From: a virus
Taxonomy: Duplodnaviria; Caudoviricetes
Reading direction: 5' to 3' (one strand)
IMG/VR virus record: IMGVR_UViG_3300011335_000506
Span: 1-60,367 of that record
Length of the DNA: 60,367 nucleotides
Translations under genes and position numbers: made by a program
Part shown: positions 21,101 to 30,157 of the stretch, piece by piece
Layout of the letters: each line of letters opens with the position of its first letter
How positions within the stretch are numbered: the first letter of the stretch is position 1
The notes under the pieces: model-generated
Seen by the model: only the letters and a program-made list of their open reading frames with translations
The model's database searches: none
What the model was told of the DNA's origin: nothing

Positions 21101-24100
21101 TTGCCGCAGTTGAAGGTGAATCAGTTTCATCTGCAGAAGCAACGTTGACTCCCAAACAACGTGAAGCGCAACGGCAGCAGAAGTTAAATGAATTAAATAG
21201 GGCATCAACTAAAAACTTATCAATGGCAGTCATTGAACAAGCCAAAGTTAATGAAACAGGTAAAGATATTGGGCAACGGTACATGAAAGCCGTTGAACGA
21301 TTAATTTTAACCAAAATGGTGCCGGCTATTGTTACAAAATATGTCAAGCCAAAGCATTATTGGTTACAGAACGTAAACTTAAAGACATCTCCAGATGGAC
21401 GTACTTGGTATACAACTGGTGACAGGATTGGTGAAGACCTAGTTGGAACTCTTTATCATTCATCAACTGAAGCTGTAAAGTCTGTATTGTCTCAGTTGAT
21501 TCCGATCGTTAAAGAAGATGGCAAATACGATACTGATTTAGTTCGACGCGCATACAAAGATGACAACGGAATAGTCCAATACGAAACCATCAAATACAGT
21601 GACGCTTGGAACTACATGCGGAAAGAAATCAACAGGTCTTCTCAGAACGCAGTTAATAATCTTCGCAAAAGCACTACTGACATTCCTGATGCCGATCGTC
21701 GCAACCCGTCAATTTCTGCAGCTAAGTTACAGATATTGTCTGACGGTATATTGCGAGAAGGCACAGCTTCTTTTGATGAAGAAGCTATACGTCGTGCAAC
21801 GTCAATAGCAACTTTTAAAATATGGACAAAGAGTCAAGGTGATCCAATTCCATCTAAACGTGGAACATCTGTTGACATTTTAAGTTTGCGAATACCTCTG
21901 GCTGTTAAAACGGCAATCAAAGATATTCTTAGCGATAACTCTATTCCTGATTATCGCAAATCGGTAGATATCTATTTTGCAATATTAAATGAGCCTGGCT
22001 TAGTTACTGGCGTCAACAGTAATCCTTTATTCAGAATCATTCATCAACCATATCAAACTCGTGACAACTCCTATAGCCATATTCCAATTTTGCAAACGAT
22101 GTTTAAATATGAAAATGGCGTATTGTACGTACCAAAGTTTACGCTTAAGCAATTAAATAAAGTCAATGAACACATTTCAAAAATATATCAACAAGAGGTA
22201 ATGACGCAAAACGCTTCTAACATTATCTACTTAAATTCAGTCATTGGAACTGACGAAGGTGGACGATCAGTTGGTGAAGATGTTATGGGTACTGGAGGTT
22301 CTCCAGCTGACTTAGTAAGTGAATTCGGTAACAATGCGTCCGAATACCTCTATAAACATCGTGTTGTTAAAAGCGTTGCTGAAATAATGCAAGGCAGTAA
22401 TTTTGTCAAGGACTTTGCTGGTAGTTCATATGGCATGTCTTTGTACGATGCCAGAAAAGGAAACCCACGTCAGGAAAAGATTGAAATAACGCTTGCAAAA
22501 TATAACGCTACTGAAATGGAACGTGCACGTCTTAGTAAGATGTCTCCACCAGAAAAGTTAGCTGCTGGCAAAGAAAGACAACAAAAGGACAGGGCAGCAC
22601 GGGTACAGGATTACAACAATTTCGTAAACGACATTGTCACAGATATGCAATCTGGTGTTGATGAGGTACTAATTGATTGGGCTACAACTACGGAAAAAGC
22701 TCAAGCATCAGTAGATTTGTACAACGCATTGAAAATGTTTAGCACTAAAGGCATTTTTACAGTAGCAGACATTACTAATCTTATAAAGAAAAAGGTTATT
22801 GGTGCCGATCGTACATCTGTTGTAAACGCACTCAAGAAGCTACGTACAAACGAACATACGTTTGCAGCTTTTAGTCATGCCATGTCAGTGTTGGAATCAA
22901 CAGTTACTAAGGCTCAAGAGATAGGCCGTGAAACTGCTGAATATCATCAACTGAATCTAACACTGACACCTATTGAAAGTGTAATCCTATCTACACGAAG
23001 TGCTAATCTTCGGCAGTACGGCATTATCCCAGTTGAAACAGGTAACTCAGTACGTCCAGATCAAGTGATGGCTGGATTGCGTATTGGTACAGAAAAATAC
23101 AAAACCGCCGTAAATAACATCATTACGAAAATCAATACTATTGAAGGAACAAAACTCAATCAATGGTACGGAGATAATGTAGGAGGTTATGCATCACAAG
23201 TACAGATGGTTGTTGCGCAACTAGACGCTACGATCAATGAGCTAGAAAAGAAGATCCCTTGGCTTTGGCGAAAGATGCAGGACTTGACCCTCAATGAAAG
23301 ACGTTTACATATTCTTCTTGAGAGGACTCCTTATATCAATCGAGATGAAAAAGGAAATGTAAGACCTGATCCACTTTTAGTTGCATTTGGAAGACGTATG
23401 CGCGGACGTGAAGTAATGCGTTCGATTAAAGCAAAATCTGAAGATGAAGTTACTGTAGACGATATTCAAGCAACTATTGATGCTACTGTTGATGCACTTT
23501 ACGGATCAATGGTTATACAACCGCAGTCATCATTTACACAACGAATGATGGAAGGTGAAAAAGTAGTTACCCATCAACGTCTGTCGCAAGTAAAGGACAA
23601 CACTGTTGTACAGAAAATACAAGACGCGCTAAACGGTAACGCAATTAACTCGCGTGGTGCGTTGCGCGGTGTTAGCTTATATGAACGCGCTCTAAATTTA
23701 GCTGGTCTTGCTAGTAATCAGAATCAAATTTTAACTGATGAACAACTTGCGTCTATTGCAAGATTTGGAAATGAAAAAGAACCAGCAGTAGTGCAGTCGT
23801 TACTGTTCAGTCAACTACAACAACAACGTGACGATTTCATCAAGGGTGGAATTCAAAACTATTTGAAAAACCAAGGCAAGGCTTTGGAAGCTATGACAGT
23901 ACAGGATTTAAATGACTACCTTTCTTCAATGGATAGGAATGATGCATTTGCTGTTATGTCTAACATTATGAAGGTTTTGACTCAAGACCGTAGTGCGTTA
24001 CTTCCATTCATTACCTACACAGGTAGATTGCCATATGCAGACGAGATTGGCTTGATTGCAAATCAGATTAAAGATAGCGATAAGCCAGCTGATCTCGCAA

Positions 24101-27100
24101 AAGCTTTCAAACGTGTAGAAGCTGAATTCAAACAGATGCAAGAGAAGGTTGCTCGGTTTGGTTTGGAATACATGACAAATGCTGCAAGTGTTACAGCAAT
24201 TCAAGCAACAGTTGACAGTGAAACAACTCGACGTAGTGTCAGCTATGGATTGACATTGAATGACCCAAGCACGAATGCAAATCCAGTTGATGCCGACATA
24301 CGGCGGCAGATTGTCAATCAACAATCTATCTTTGGTGATAAAGACTCAAAAAATATACTTGAGAACTTTGGCGATATTCACAAAGCCGTAAACGATTTGA
24401 TCTATGCAGAAATCTCTAGGGCTATTGCTAAACTTAAAGCATCTGGCACTGAAAGCTCTATGCAAAAGGCAACACAGCTTGAAGCCATGTTGTCATCTTC
24501 TGTTGATGACATTGCCGCCAACACTGCAATAGTGAATATGCTTCCAAAAGAAGTCAGTAGCGCAATATTTGCATACAACAAGTTTAAAAGTGAGACAGAT
24601 TTACTGACGGCTACAAACGTCAACGACATCATCTGGGGTAAGGCCATGACCAATCAGGAAATGCGCCTTCGAGGTAAGACCAATATTCCAGCTCCAAGTG
24701 AAAAACGAACTTCTAAGTATGCTATAACTCCGCAATACATTTTTGCACAAGCGGTGCGAAAGCGAACTGAAAAAGTAATCACAGACTTTGTCAATGACCT
24801 GTATGGCTCAGACATGACGTTTGCAAAAACTAAGGGGGCATTGCGTGGTTTTGACGCACCGACATTAATCAAGATTCTCAACGACCCAGCGTTTGCAGAC
24901 AGGCCTGAGAATGTTGAGATTAAACTTAGATTGCAAGCACTTACATCTGCTATTGCTAAGGATATGGTTCAAGGTCGTGCAGAAATCGTACGTGCACTAA
25001 GGGATCCTGTTTACTCAACATATCGGTATGAATATGCTGTTCCAGGAAACAAAAACTTAGTCAACGTGTTTGATGCAGCTGGTAAAAAAGTGATGACAAT
25101 AGATTACAAGTCATCTTTGTATACACGTCCTGAAAGTCAAAGTGTCTTCTCAAGCCCATCTGGTACATCTGAAAGGCCAAATTCTTATACAGCTACGTCT
25201 CTGATAGACATGATGATGAGTATGGAAAATGCAATAGTATCTAGAGTTCAACCAGATTACTTTGATAAGTATTCAGAAAGTCAACGTGATGCTCTAAAGA
25301 AAATGTATGAGAGTAAAGTTGAAGCCGAAAAGAAAACACGCACAGAGATAGTCAAACAAGTTACTTCTTTACAGAAGTTGCGTGTTATGCCAGCTGAATA
25401 CTGGCATGGACGTGATCGTGTAGAAGCTGTTCGTCCTATTGCTGAGCCAATGTTCATGAACAGAAAGATTGAAACAGCTCAACGTGTTGATTCTATTATT
25501 GGTACTCGTTCACCAGACACTGTTGATGATTACGTAAAGCCGGTCATTAACAAATGGTTGACGCCAGATGCTAATGGACTGAAGCGGGTGCAGCTTAATA
25601 CAGATGGAGTACCTGCGTGGGATGGTTACGGTTACACCGTGCAAACGGCAGCCGGCGCTCGGTCGCATATCTATTCAAACCTGCGCACCATGGGACTAGA
25701 ACACCATAAGGCGCTTGAGATCTATGCACTAACTGAGCATCCAGAATTTAAGGCTTGGCAATCTGGTGATCTTGTTGAATCTGTCAAGTTAATATCGCCA
25801 GGTTCGCTTGAGTATCACGGGATCAGCATGACATCGGATGAGAAAGATAAACTCAACCTTGTTATGAATGCTCATAGTTTGACCAATGCTGTTGATGATT
25901 ACAACAATAGGCCAACTTCCAAGAACTATGAGAATCTAAAATATTGGTACGACGAAGTGTTGGGTGTGGATGACAAGGGACGTCCGCTTACTCCAGAGCA
26001 ACTTGAAAAGCGTGTGCAAGACATTGCTAACGATTCTATTAAGTTGGAATCAGTGCGAGTACAGGCGGACACACTTAAGTCGTCGGTCAATACTACATCT
26101 GTTCAATACTTCAGTAACCCTATATTGGCACACATGGAAGGGCAGCAACAGGTAAGGACTGCTAAGCCATTCACTACACTAGCGTTTGGTATGGCGACTA
26201 ACGGCCCATTCAACTATGGAGCGCCGGGTATTCGCATACATGACCTTGGGTCTGGACTACACAAGAACGACAACTTGAAGCAACAGCCACGTTGGATCAA
26301 GATGAATAATCCGTTGGTTATCGATCTCAAGAATAATGGCATTGATGCACCTTCATTGCAGCCACACTTTGAGAAAGCCTTTAGCCGTGGACATGATGGT
26401 CTTGTGTTTACTAACTACAGAGATTCAATGTTCTCTCCTGTATCTCGTAACGTAGCAATTACATTGACAGACAAGAATGTCAAGTCAGTAGCAACAATGC
26501 ACGTTGAGAGCGAAGGTAAGCGAGTAGACGGCGAGTTGCCAATGGCTGAGCCAATGTACATGAATCGTAGGATTGAAGCTCCACAAACAAAGAATGAAGC
26601 TCCTACGCTGTTGGCTCAACCATTGGAAGAAGTCCAAAAGACTCGCTTGGAAATTGGTGGGGAAGTTGCATCACGTGTTTACGATGAGTATCAAGCGTTT
26701 ACCCGTTCTGCTTTGTCTCTTGACTTTGCATTTACCCTAATCCAGGGTGGACGTGCAGCTCTTGGTATAGCTACAGGTCGACCAATGGATTCTGTAAAAG
26801 CCCTTAAAGCATTGTTGTTCTCAGTTGCTGGTCTTGCACCAAATACAAGTATTACGATTGCCGGTAAAGAAATTGGATTTGATAAGCTCGGTCGTCGTGC
26901 ATACATGAGTATCTACCTTGCTATGCAAAAAGATCCATATTGGCAGGTAATGAAGCAAATGCGTGTTCCTCTTCATATGATGAATATGGAAAAACGTATT
27001 GAAGCTGAACGAGATCGTCTTTATCGTCAAGCTGAAGGGACTATCAATTACGAAGATATTCCTATTGACCTTATGCAATACGATGAGCGCGGTAACCTTA

Positions 27101-28287
27101 CCGATTTCTTTGAAAGCAATACTGTAATTGGATCTATGCCATTTCAAGGAATGTTTGAGCGTCAGATCAGTTTGCAGCATGACGTATTGTTGTTTGAACT
27201 AATCAAACAACATTTGCAAATGAACCCAATCTTCCAAGGCATTCCTATAGAAGAATTGGGCAGTCATGAATACGCACAGCTTGCGGCAAACTTTATCTCT
27301 TTGAGTATGGGAGACTTCCAATATTCTACAGATGAACGTGTGGATGCTAAATGGGGGCGTCTTGGGAAAATAGTATTTGTAGCACCACGTTGGTTGTTTG
27401 CAAACGTGTTATTAAATCCAATTGTAAATAGGCACGTAAGTGCATCTCCAAAGATGCGCCGGCTAATGGGTGAAAAGAATCGTGTGTTTGATCTTTATCC
27501 TGCAGACTTGGTTGAGCGAAACCCTTACCTTGCTAAGTACCAAGGTAAGACATATTGGAACACACTGCTGTTGTTGCTAGGATTGCAGCTTTTCCACAAG
27601 TTCCGTGGCATGCTTACAAATGATGGCCGGTACAACGCAAACCCTAAAAAGTTTGGCAGCTTTAGAAATGGTGATTGGGATATATCAGACAGTACTGGGA
27701 CATTCGACGCCATAAATGTCCCACTGGGTTATTATGCAGCTTTGACTGGTGGCGATCCTGAAAAACAAGATCGATACGGCGCCAACAGTACAACTGAATA
27801 CATGATGACCATTGCCAACACGCTTGGATACAGAGCAAGTCCTGTTCTAACTAAGCCACTACAGGCTCTGTATGGAAAAGATGTAGTCAACAAACCTGTG
27901 TGGGCGACGGATAAATTCGTAGAGTTGTCATATAAGGAAATGGGTCGCCCATTCCTTAAAAATATAGGAATGGATGTTCCACCATCGTTAGAAGTTGCAA
28001 CGTTCTGGACATCTCAGTTACCAACCGCTTGGACTGAAGGGATGCAAGCGTATACCGAAGCCAAGAACCAAGGTAAATACAAAGATGTAGCAAATGCTAT
28101 TGCATTACAGCAGTTCATGTTGAGTGGAATAGGAATGCGCATCAAGTACAAACCGTATGTTCCAGAATCAGCAATGAAATTTGAAAGGCGGCTGAAAGCG
28201 TTTGAAAGGGCAACAACATACGTGCCTAAGATTACAGATATATTGGCAAAGAAAGACCCTAAGAAGTTAATAACTGGATTGAAATAA
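15121..28287 (+). CDS. Giant multidomain internal virion (polyvalent/ejection) protein: wHTH-like repeats, HExxH peptidase motif, sigma70-like segments, ART-like domain
   Basis: 4388-aa ORF, last of the ejection genes. HEINH at 19840. Sigma-like blocks at 21292-23136. WIKMNNPLVID..GHDGLVF..VKS at about 26290-26490. Confidence 0.75.
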   Translation: MAETPQQIIAKLKLTADRKESYKKLTAKATSNTYVINELQGILTGLSSLPTSELKSKTGLSKEDVDQLRQWRNKVVNEVSKTSGKSFRDGKFVPGQEAENVAARQQNIKGLQSALAPGLERSQRGLMGEIGTAASNFITGYQAPRRGAELVKRGLPPELALSGINQDDATARIASEFGYGYGQNLAPTMASIPGLIGGGAVASGIDRLVGSRLPNTGVFGLLRAGGQIGGAMLGAQATGGLYNKLAGPYTGLSEDQAGQVQGTIGRKLGGAAEQLGKFGATATIFGAPATNDKGQLAFFEGAGYNRSMRELLRNPNRAMNDPAVKEFLGDIAERSSSVVSTIDEQSSNYQARIKKFIEVNGREPSRAEKDGMGVLTPQQRLSELAPDIVFGGLTRYGKGLNPFGLLQQGRQAGQPNAPVSPTTPQQQQGQQAGSTTASQPPLTMGSLQPTSGGGLFNFNVKLKTGNTVTPHTIAFDQSTGTAAVRPTVDVVAPGIARSATERLATNPAATVGNTNFSIRAVTPDGSILVLATDNVSGARTLQTMSYNNLPPALQTNVNNVLRNTRLGSLVFNPANFPTTPNYNPTVDSLKSFESDFKTKINIDGTEVNARVVDVRGDMATVLLPSGIELTLPKAFFATEPTKQVGRLSGVRRLKGLTYKVGTASQPVSAEYNGMDHFVAEPRRPAMQADPTKWADSYRRIPTPAEQMPVGTVVNLGAIDGERQVGVVLEYTAFDISGAPAAGYRIQSLNDPRMEPFMIPHDPDYIKPLARGENPFVRGAAPAAAVTAPAPAATAVPPVAPVVPGASAGAGGATTVPTTAVPSVIAPPVSVDTTTLGQAVTDAPTVIPTLVDYFKSAMQSAVPNDEQDGILDVDAISDAIGYDNIDALDEMITAAVDAGLIDITDDGDYDFSVVSQADPTIVLDRILNQLNTKLSSMAPVPPVAAVASGGTNPVTNPVVPGAPAAAPATSVVPGVPAAAVPASTVVPGAPAAVPAATPAASTNRVNLVQLAIPMTPDEEVIAKKITDEYNSTDPTADQLRSVTLNLDDLSASTGVDKGALQTVLSKMWGADTIRRVAGDTYDLSKLHQPRTAASPSAPATAATTTGNPQLDISTVTPEVWNALTPEQKIELLARSVQDDAIFADVVKADIAAFDKAFPKDGSTATYGVNDDGSFTPDYVNLTRAVQNGIAKYLNDRGLPIPDLALFQPIVDHALDGLLGGTLSPINPTDPMIAKLSGNLTNARVNGSQTAFAPGEKITVKIAGSTPTTPPSTPTPQPAAQPAVTATVTPEEPTTGEGEDSTLPVATASETRAPKPPSREYNPEPPETQKFPYGNEFKEPAAEGSLPVSMEDYRSGKTRYRRQTAGEEVAKPVTLTQFRNAVPSWASGVDGFKRFVGKFVAPLVDAFGTGKTDQLELDLTGVKDKDDLYIRLQDVFGQSPEQAAALAEWVDRWSLGWAREFARLHGINTMERLRASRVTEDPAVDTRFLTKTNETWKENYREQMLPKNTAENAQILKALQTAFYTQRLGAIGVLPAVKKGLFNTTGMAFSIGGDGKRTINVIIALHGKENYVTQVHEINHALVRSLYAPMIHQLAAKIYPTYRQTTNPNKQREIQKDIEERIVTEITNSMFNAPSDVNIFTENDNVEGGFDVTLNKLFGEMGQLMRDSIDGSKDNPNDVSSKGYRGWQRPFPTDPAKQKGLAVGTPLIIKETVFGGRKVSKTYVLKEPIRPGSPIKVETITQKLKRENAKPGKWDVTKEKTKDIDPLTIDSIGQTEVKTLSKPVNQYLTNFMGHWYDYTVQMVNAHNPDVNMSDVNFDGMSVVELQRTTVGYRWWDDVEQAKNEFPIYQGSDFSDDRIQKRMSESYLGWADQGGYESYREAKGIPVESFYLTSGLPAELSTPALVQSEVIAATSLVSDSTTMTDAGVQNAEMSMEELLYQAMIESGTADPDFMNKKLPTADPQFMNKAIEDISDDDGDISEEDLEDYSGDVSTEDLAAVEGESVSSAEATLTPKQREAQRQQKLNELNRASTKNLSMAVIEQAKVNETGKDIGQRYMKAVERLILTKMVPAIVTKYVKPKHYWLQNVNLKTSPDGRTWYTTGDRIGEDLVGTLYHSSTEAVKSVLSQLIPIVKEDGKYDTDLVRRAYKDDNGIVQYETIKYSDAWNYMRKEINRSSQNAVNNLRKSTTDIPDADRRNPSISAAKLQILSDGILREGTASFDEEAIRRATSIATFKIWTKSQGDPIPSKRGTSVDILSLRIPLAVKTAIKDILSDNSIPDYRKSVDIYFAILNEPGLVTGVNSNPLFRIIHQPYQTRDNSYSHIPILQTMFKYENGVLYVPKFTLKQLNKVNEHISKIYQQEVMTQNASNIIYLNSVIGTDEGGRSVGEDVMGTGGSPADLVSEFGNNASEYLYKHRVVKSVAEIMQGSNFVKDFAGSSYGMSLYDARKGNPRQEKIEITLAKYNATEMERARLSKMSPPEKLAAGKERQQKDRAARVQDYNNFVNDIVTDMQSGVDEVLIDWATTTEKAQASVDLYNALKMFSTKGIFTVADITNLIKKKVIGADRTSVVNALKKLRTNEHTFAAFSHAMSVLESTVTKAQEIGRETAEYHQLNLTLTPIESVILSTRSANLRQYGIIPVETGNSVRPDQVMAGLRIGTEKYKTAVNNIITKINTIEGTKLNQWYGDNVGGYASQVQMVVAQLDATINELEKKIPWLWRKMQDLTLNERRLHILLERTPYINRDEKGNVRPDPLLVAFGRRMRGREVMRSIKAKSEDEVTVDDIQATIDATVDALYGSMVIQPQSSFTQRMMEGEKVVTHQRLSQVKDNTVVQKIQDALNGNAINSRGALRGVSLYERALNLAGLASNQNQILTDEQLASIARFGNEKEPAVVQSLLFSQLQQQRDDFIKGGIQNYLKNQGKALEAMTVQDLNDYLSSMDRNDAFAVMSNIMKVLTQDRSALLPFITYTGRLPYADEIGLIANQIKDSDKPADLAKAFKRVEAEFKQMQEKVARFGLEYMTNAASVTAIQATVDSETTRRSVSYGLTLNDPSTNANPVDADIRRQIVNQQSIFGDKDSKNILENFGDIHKAVNDLIYAEISRAIAKLKASGTESSMQKATQLEAMLSSSVDDIAANTAIVNMLPKEVSSAIFAYNKFKSETDLLTATNVNDIIWGKAMTNQEMRLRGKTNIPAPSEKRTSKYAITPQYIFAQAVRKRTEKVITDFVNDLYGSDMTFAKTKGALRGFDAPTLIKILNDPAFADRPENVEIKLRLQALTSAIAKDMVQGRAEIVRALRDPVYSTYRYEYAVPGNKNLVNVFDAAGKKVMTIDYKSSLYTRPESQSVFSSPSGTSERPNSYTATSLIDMMMSMENAIVSRVQPDYFDKYSESQRDALKKMYESKVEAEKKTRTEIVKQVTSLQKLRVMPAEYWHGRDRVEAVRPIAEPMFMNRKIETAQRVDSIIGTRSPDTVDDYVKPVINKWLTPDANGLKRVQLNTDGVPAWDGYGYTVQTAAGARSHIYSNLRTMGLEHHKALEIYALTEHPEFKAWQSGDLVESVKLISPGSLEYHGISMTSDEKDKLNLVMNAHSLTNAVDDYNNRPTSKNYENLKYWYDEVLGVDDKGRPLTPEQLEKRVQDIANDSIKLESVRVQADTLKSSVNTTSVQYFSNPILAHMEGQQQVRTAKPFTTLAFGMATNGPFNYGAPGIRIHDLGSGLHKNDNLKQQPRWIKMNNPLVIDLKNNGIDAPSLQPHFEKAFSRGHDGLVFTNYRDSMFSPVSRNVAITLTDKNVKSVATMHVESEGKRVDGELPMAEPMYMNRRIEAPQTKNEAPTLLAQPLEEVQKTRLEIGGEVASRVYDEYQAFTRSALSLDFAFTLIQGGRAALGIATGRPMDSVKALKALLFSVAGLAPNTSITIAGKEIGFDKLGRRAYMSIYLAMQKDPYWQVMKQMRVPLHMMNMEKRIEAERDRLYRQAEGTINYEDIPIDLMQYDERGNLTDFFESNTVIGSMPFQGMFERQISLQHDVLLFELIKQHLQMNPIFQGIPIEELGSHEYAQLAANFISLSMGDFQYSTDERVDAKWGRLGKIVFVAPRWLFANVLLNPIVNRHVSASPKMRRLMGEKNRVFDLYPADLVERNPYLAKYQGKTYWNTLLLLLGLQLFHKFRGMLTNDGRYNANPKKFGSFRNGDWDISDSTGTFDAINVPLGYYAALTGGDPEKQDRYGANSTTEYMMTIANTLGYRASPVLTKPLQALYGKDVVNKPVWATDKFVELSYKEMGRPFLKNIGMDVPPSLEVATFWTSQLPTAWTEGMQAYTEAKNQGKYKDVANAIALQQFMLSGIGMRIKYKPYVPESAMKFERRLKAFERATTYVPKITDILAKKDPKKLITGLK

Positions 28288-28290
28288 ACT

Positions 28291-28317
28291 AAAAGCCCTC
28301 GTAAGAGGGCTTTCTTT
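28291..28317. terminator. Bidirectional intrinsic terminator
   Basis: AAAAGCCCTC-GTAA-GAGGGCTTTCTTT between convergent genes. Confidence 0.85.
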
Positions 28318-28567
28318 ATAAGGACAGGTTAGACGCAGCGATCACAAATTCAAGTGATGTGTCTGGTTTCCTGACAACAGCGAAGACATCATCAGCTCTT
28401 AGATGATTTGCTAATTCAACAGTGACAGTCTGTCCTTTAGAACTTGTGTATGTCACAAGTGAACTAGATCGTTTAATGATTTTGCTTGGTCGTCCAGATA
28501 ACAGCATCGCTGATACAAGGAAAGTTACATTTGCACCAATAAATAAACCGCACAAAAACTCAATCAT
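28316..28567 (-). CDS. Small protein with N-terminal TM helix
   Basis: 83 aa, AGGAGA RBS. Confidence 0.6.
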   Translation of the reverse strand: MIEFLCGLFIGANVTFLVSAMLLSGRPSKIIKRSSSLVTYTSSKGQTVTVELANHLRADDVFAVVRKPDTSLEFVIAASNLSL

Positions 28568-28904
28568 TTATGTCTCCTTCTAGGTTAAGTTCTACACCTG
28601 GGCCTAGTTCTATCGTTTCTTTATCAATCCAAGTTCCGATCTCATCGTAGTTGAACTTTATGATTCCAAGTCTTAGTGCAGCCTGATTAATGTTGGGGAC
28701 TCCAAGTGATCTACAGGCTGCCGCCAGATTAATGTTCAACGTTGATTTAGATATCTTCAACTTCTTTGCTGCTGATACTCTGTCTCCTTCTACGATTGTA
28801 ACAATTAACTGCCATCTGACCCATGGTGATATCTTTTTCTTTACCAGAGGTCTGTTGGAAGATCGTCGAACCGTGCCTTTGTTGGTGTGAACTGAAGTCG
28901 GCAT
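28560..28904 (-). CDS. LuxR-like HTH regulator (start uncertain)
   Basis: AAKKLKISKSTLNINLAAACRSLGV..QAA.RLGII. Confidence 0.55.
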   Translation of the reverse strand: MPTSVHTNKGTVRRSSNRPLVKKKISPWVRWQLIVTIVEGDRVSAAKKLKISKSTLNINLAAACRSLGVPNINQAALRLGIIKFNYDEIGTWIDKETIELGPGVELNLEGDIND

Positions 28905-30157
28905 TCTCCCACTTCTCCATTTCTATTCTTGGTTACGATTAGCTCAGCTTCTTCAGTGTCTAGATCCATACGTTGCGACATGTCGGCGTAGTACATTGGC
29001 CGGTATAAGAATGCAACTACGTCTGCATCGCTTTCTAGGTCACCTGATTCACGCAGGTCACTCATCATTGGTCGTTTGTCATCACGCTTCTCTACGGCGC
29101 GTGAGAGTGACGACAGCGCCACTACGCATACATTGAGTTCTTTGGCAATGGACTTTAGACCACGACTAATCACACCAATCTCACGTGTACGGTTGTCACC
29201 CTTGGCTTCAATCATCTGTAGGTAGTCAACAAAGATTATCTGCAGGTTGTGTTCACGTTTCAGCCTGGTGGCCTTGGCGCGTATCTTATGCACGTCAATC
29301 CTGTTGTCTGCAGTTATGAACATATTGGTCGACAACAAGTCAGCTCGTGCTGACGATATCTGTCTCCTCTCGTACTCATCCATGACCTTGTTCTGTAGTC
29401 GTTTGCTATTGATGCCGGTCATCAGGCTAAGCAATCGCTGAGTAACCATTGGTGCAGACATTTCAATCGACAGAAACATCACGGACACGTTGTTCCGCGC
29501 TATGTTCAACGCGCATTGTAATGCTAGTGCAGACTTACCCATAGAAGGACGAGCACCAAGTATAAACAGCTCACCCTGCCGGAATCCGTTAGTCATGTCA
29601 TCAAGTGCATTGAAACCTGTACGAATCCCTGATTTGTCGTTGACTGTACGCTTCAGTATCTCTTCGATCTCGTCTGCTATGAATTCATCAACGTGTTGAG
29701 TGTTGTTGTTCGATGACCCAATGACTCCAACCGTATCAACCATCTCGTCCATTACCATGGCGGCATCTGAGTCAAACGAGTACGCATTGTTCATAGCTGT
29801 GTATGCGCTCTCGATTACTAGCCGCCGATTGCTATGCTCCTTGACTATCCTTGCATACATGGCTACGTTAGATGTTGTCGGTACAAAGTCACCGATCTGC
29901 ATCAGGTAGGCAAACCCGCCACACTGTTCAAATTTTCCCATGGATGTAAGCTTATTACCTAAGCTAACGATGTCGATTGGGTCAACATCATCCATGATCT
30001 GTTCCATTGCAGACCATATAGTTCCATTAGCTTCGCGATAGAAGTCACTTGGTGCAATCAAATCAGAAATGCTTGACCAGCATTTATCATTCAACATGAC
30101 TGCACCTAAGAGCGACATCTCAGCCTGGATGTCATTCGGTGGGACTTTGCCTGTCAT
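28841..30157 (-). CDS. dnaB: Replicative DNA helicase DnaB
   Basis: PPND..AE..LLG N-domain, GARPSMGKS Walker A, VDYLQM and RPMMSDLRESGDLESDAD. Confidence 0.97.
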   Translation of the reverse strand: MTGKVPPNDIQAEMSLLGAVMLNDKCWSSISDLIAPSDFYREANGTIWSAMEQIMDDVDPIDIVSLGNKLTSMGKFEQCGGFAYLMQIGDFVPTTSNVAMYARIVKEHSNRRLVIESAYTAMNNAYSFDSDAAMVMDEMVDTVGVIGSSNNNTQHVDEFIADEIEEILKRTVNDKSGIRTGFNALDDMTNGFRQGELFILGARPSMGKSALALQCALNIARNNVSVMFLSIEMSAPMVTQRLLSLMTGINSKRLQNKVMDEYERRQISSARADLLSTNMFITADNRIDVHKIRAKATRLKREHNLQIIFVDYLQMIEAKGDNRTREIGVISRGLKSIAKELNVCVVALSSLSRAVEKRDDKRPMMSDLRESGDLESDADVVAFLYRPMYYADMSQRMDLDTEEAELIVTKNRNGEVGECRLQFTPTKARFDDLPTDLW

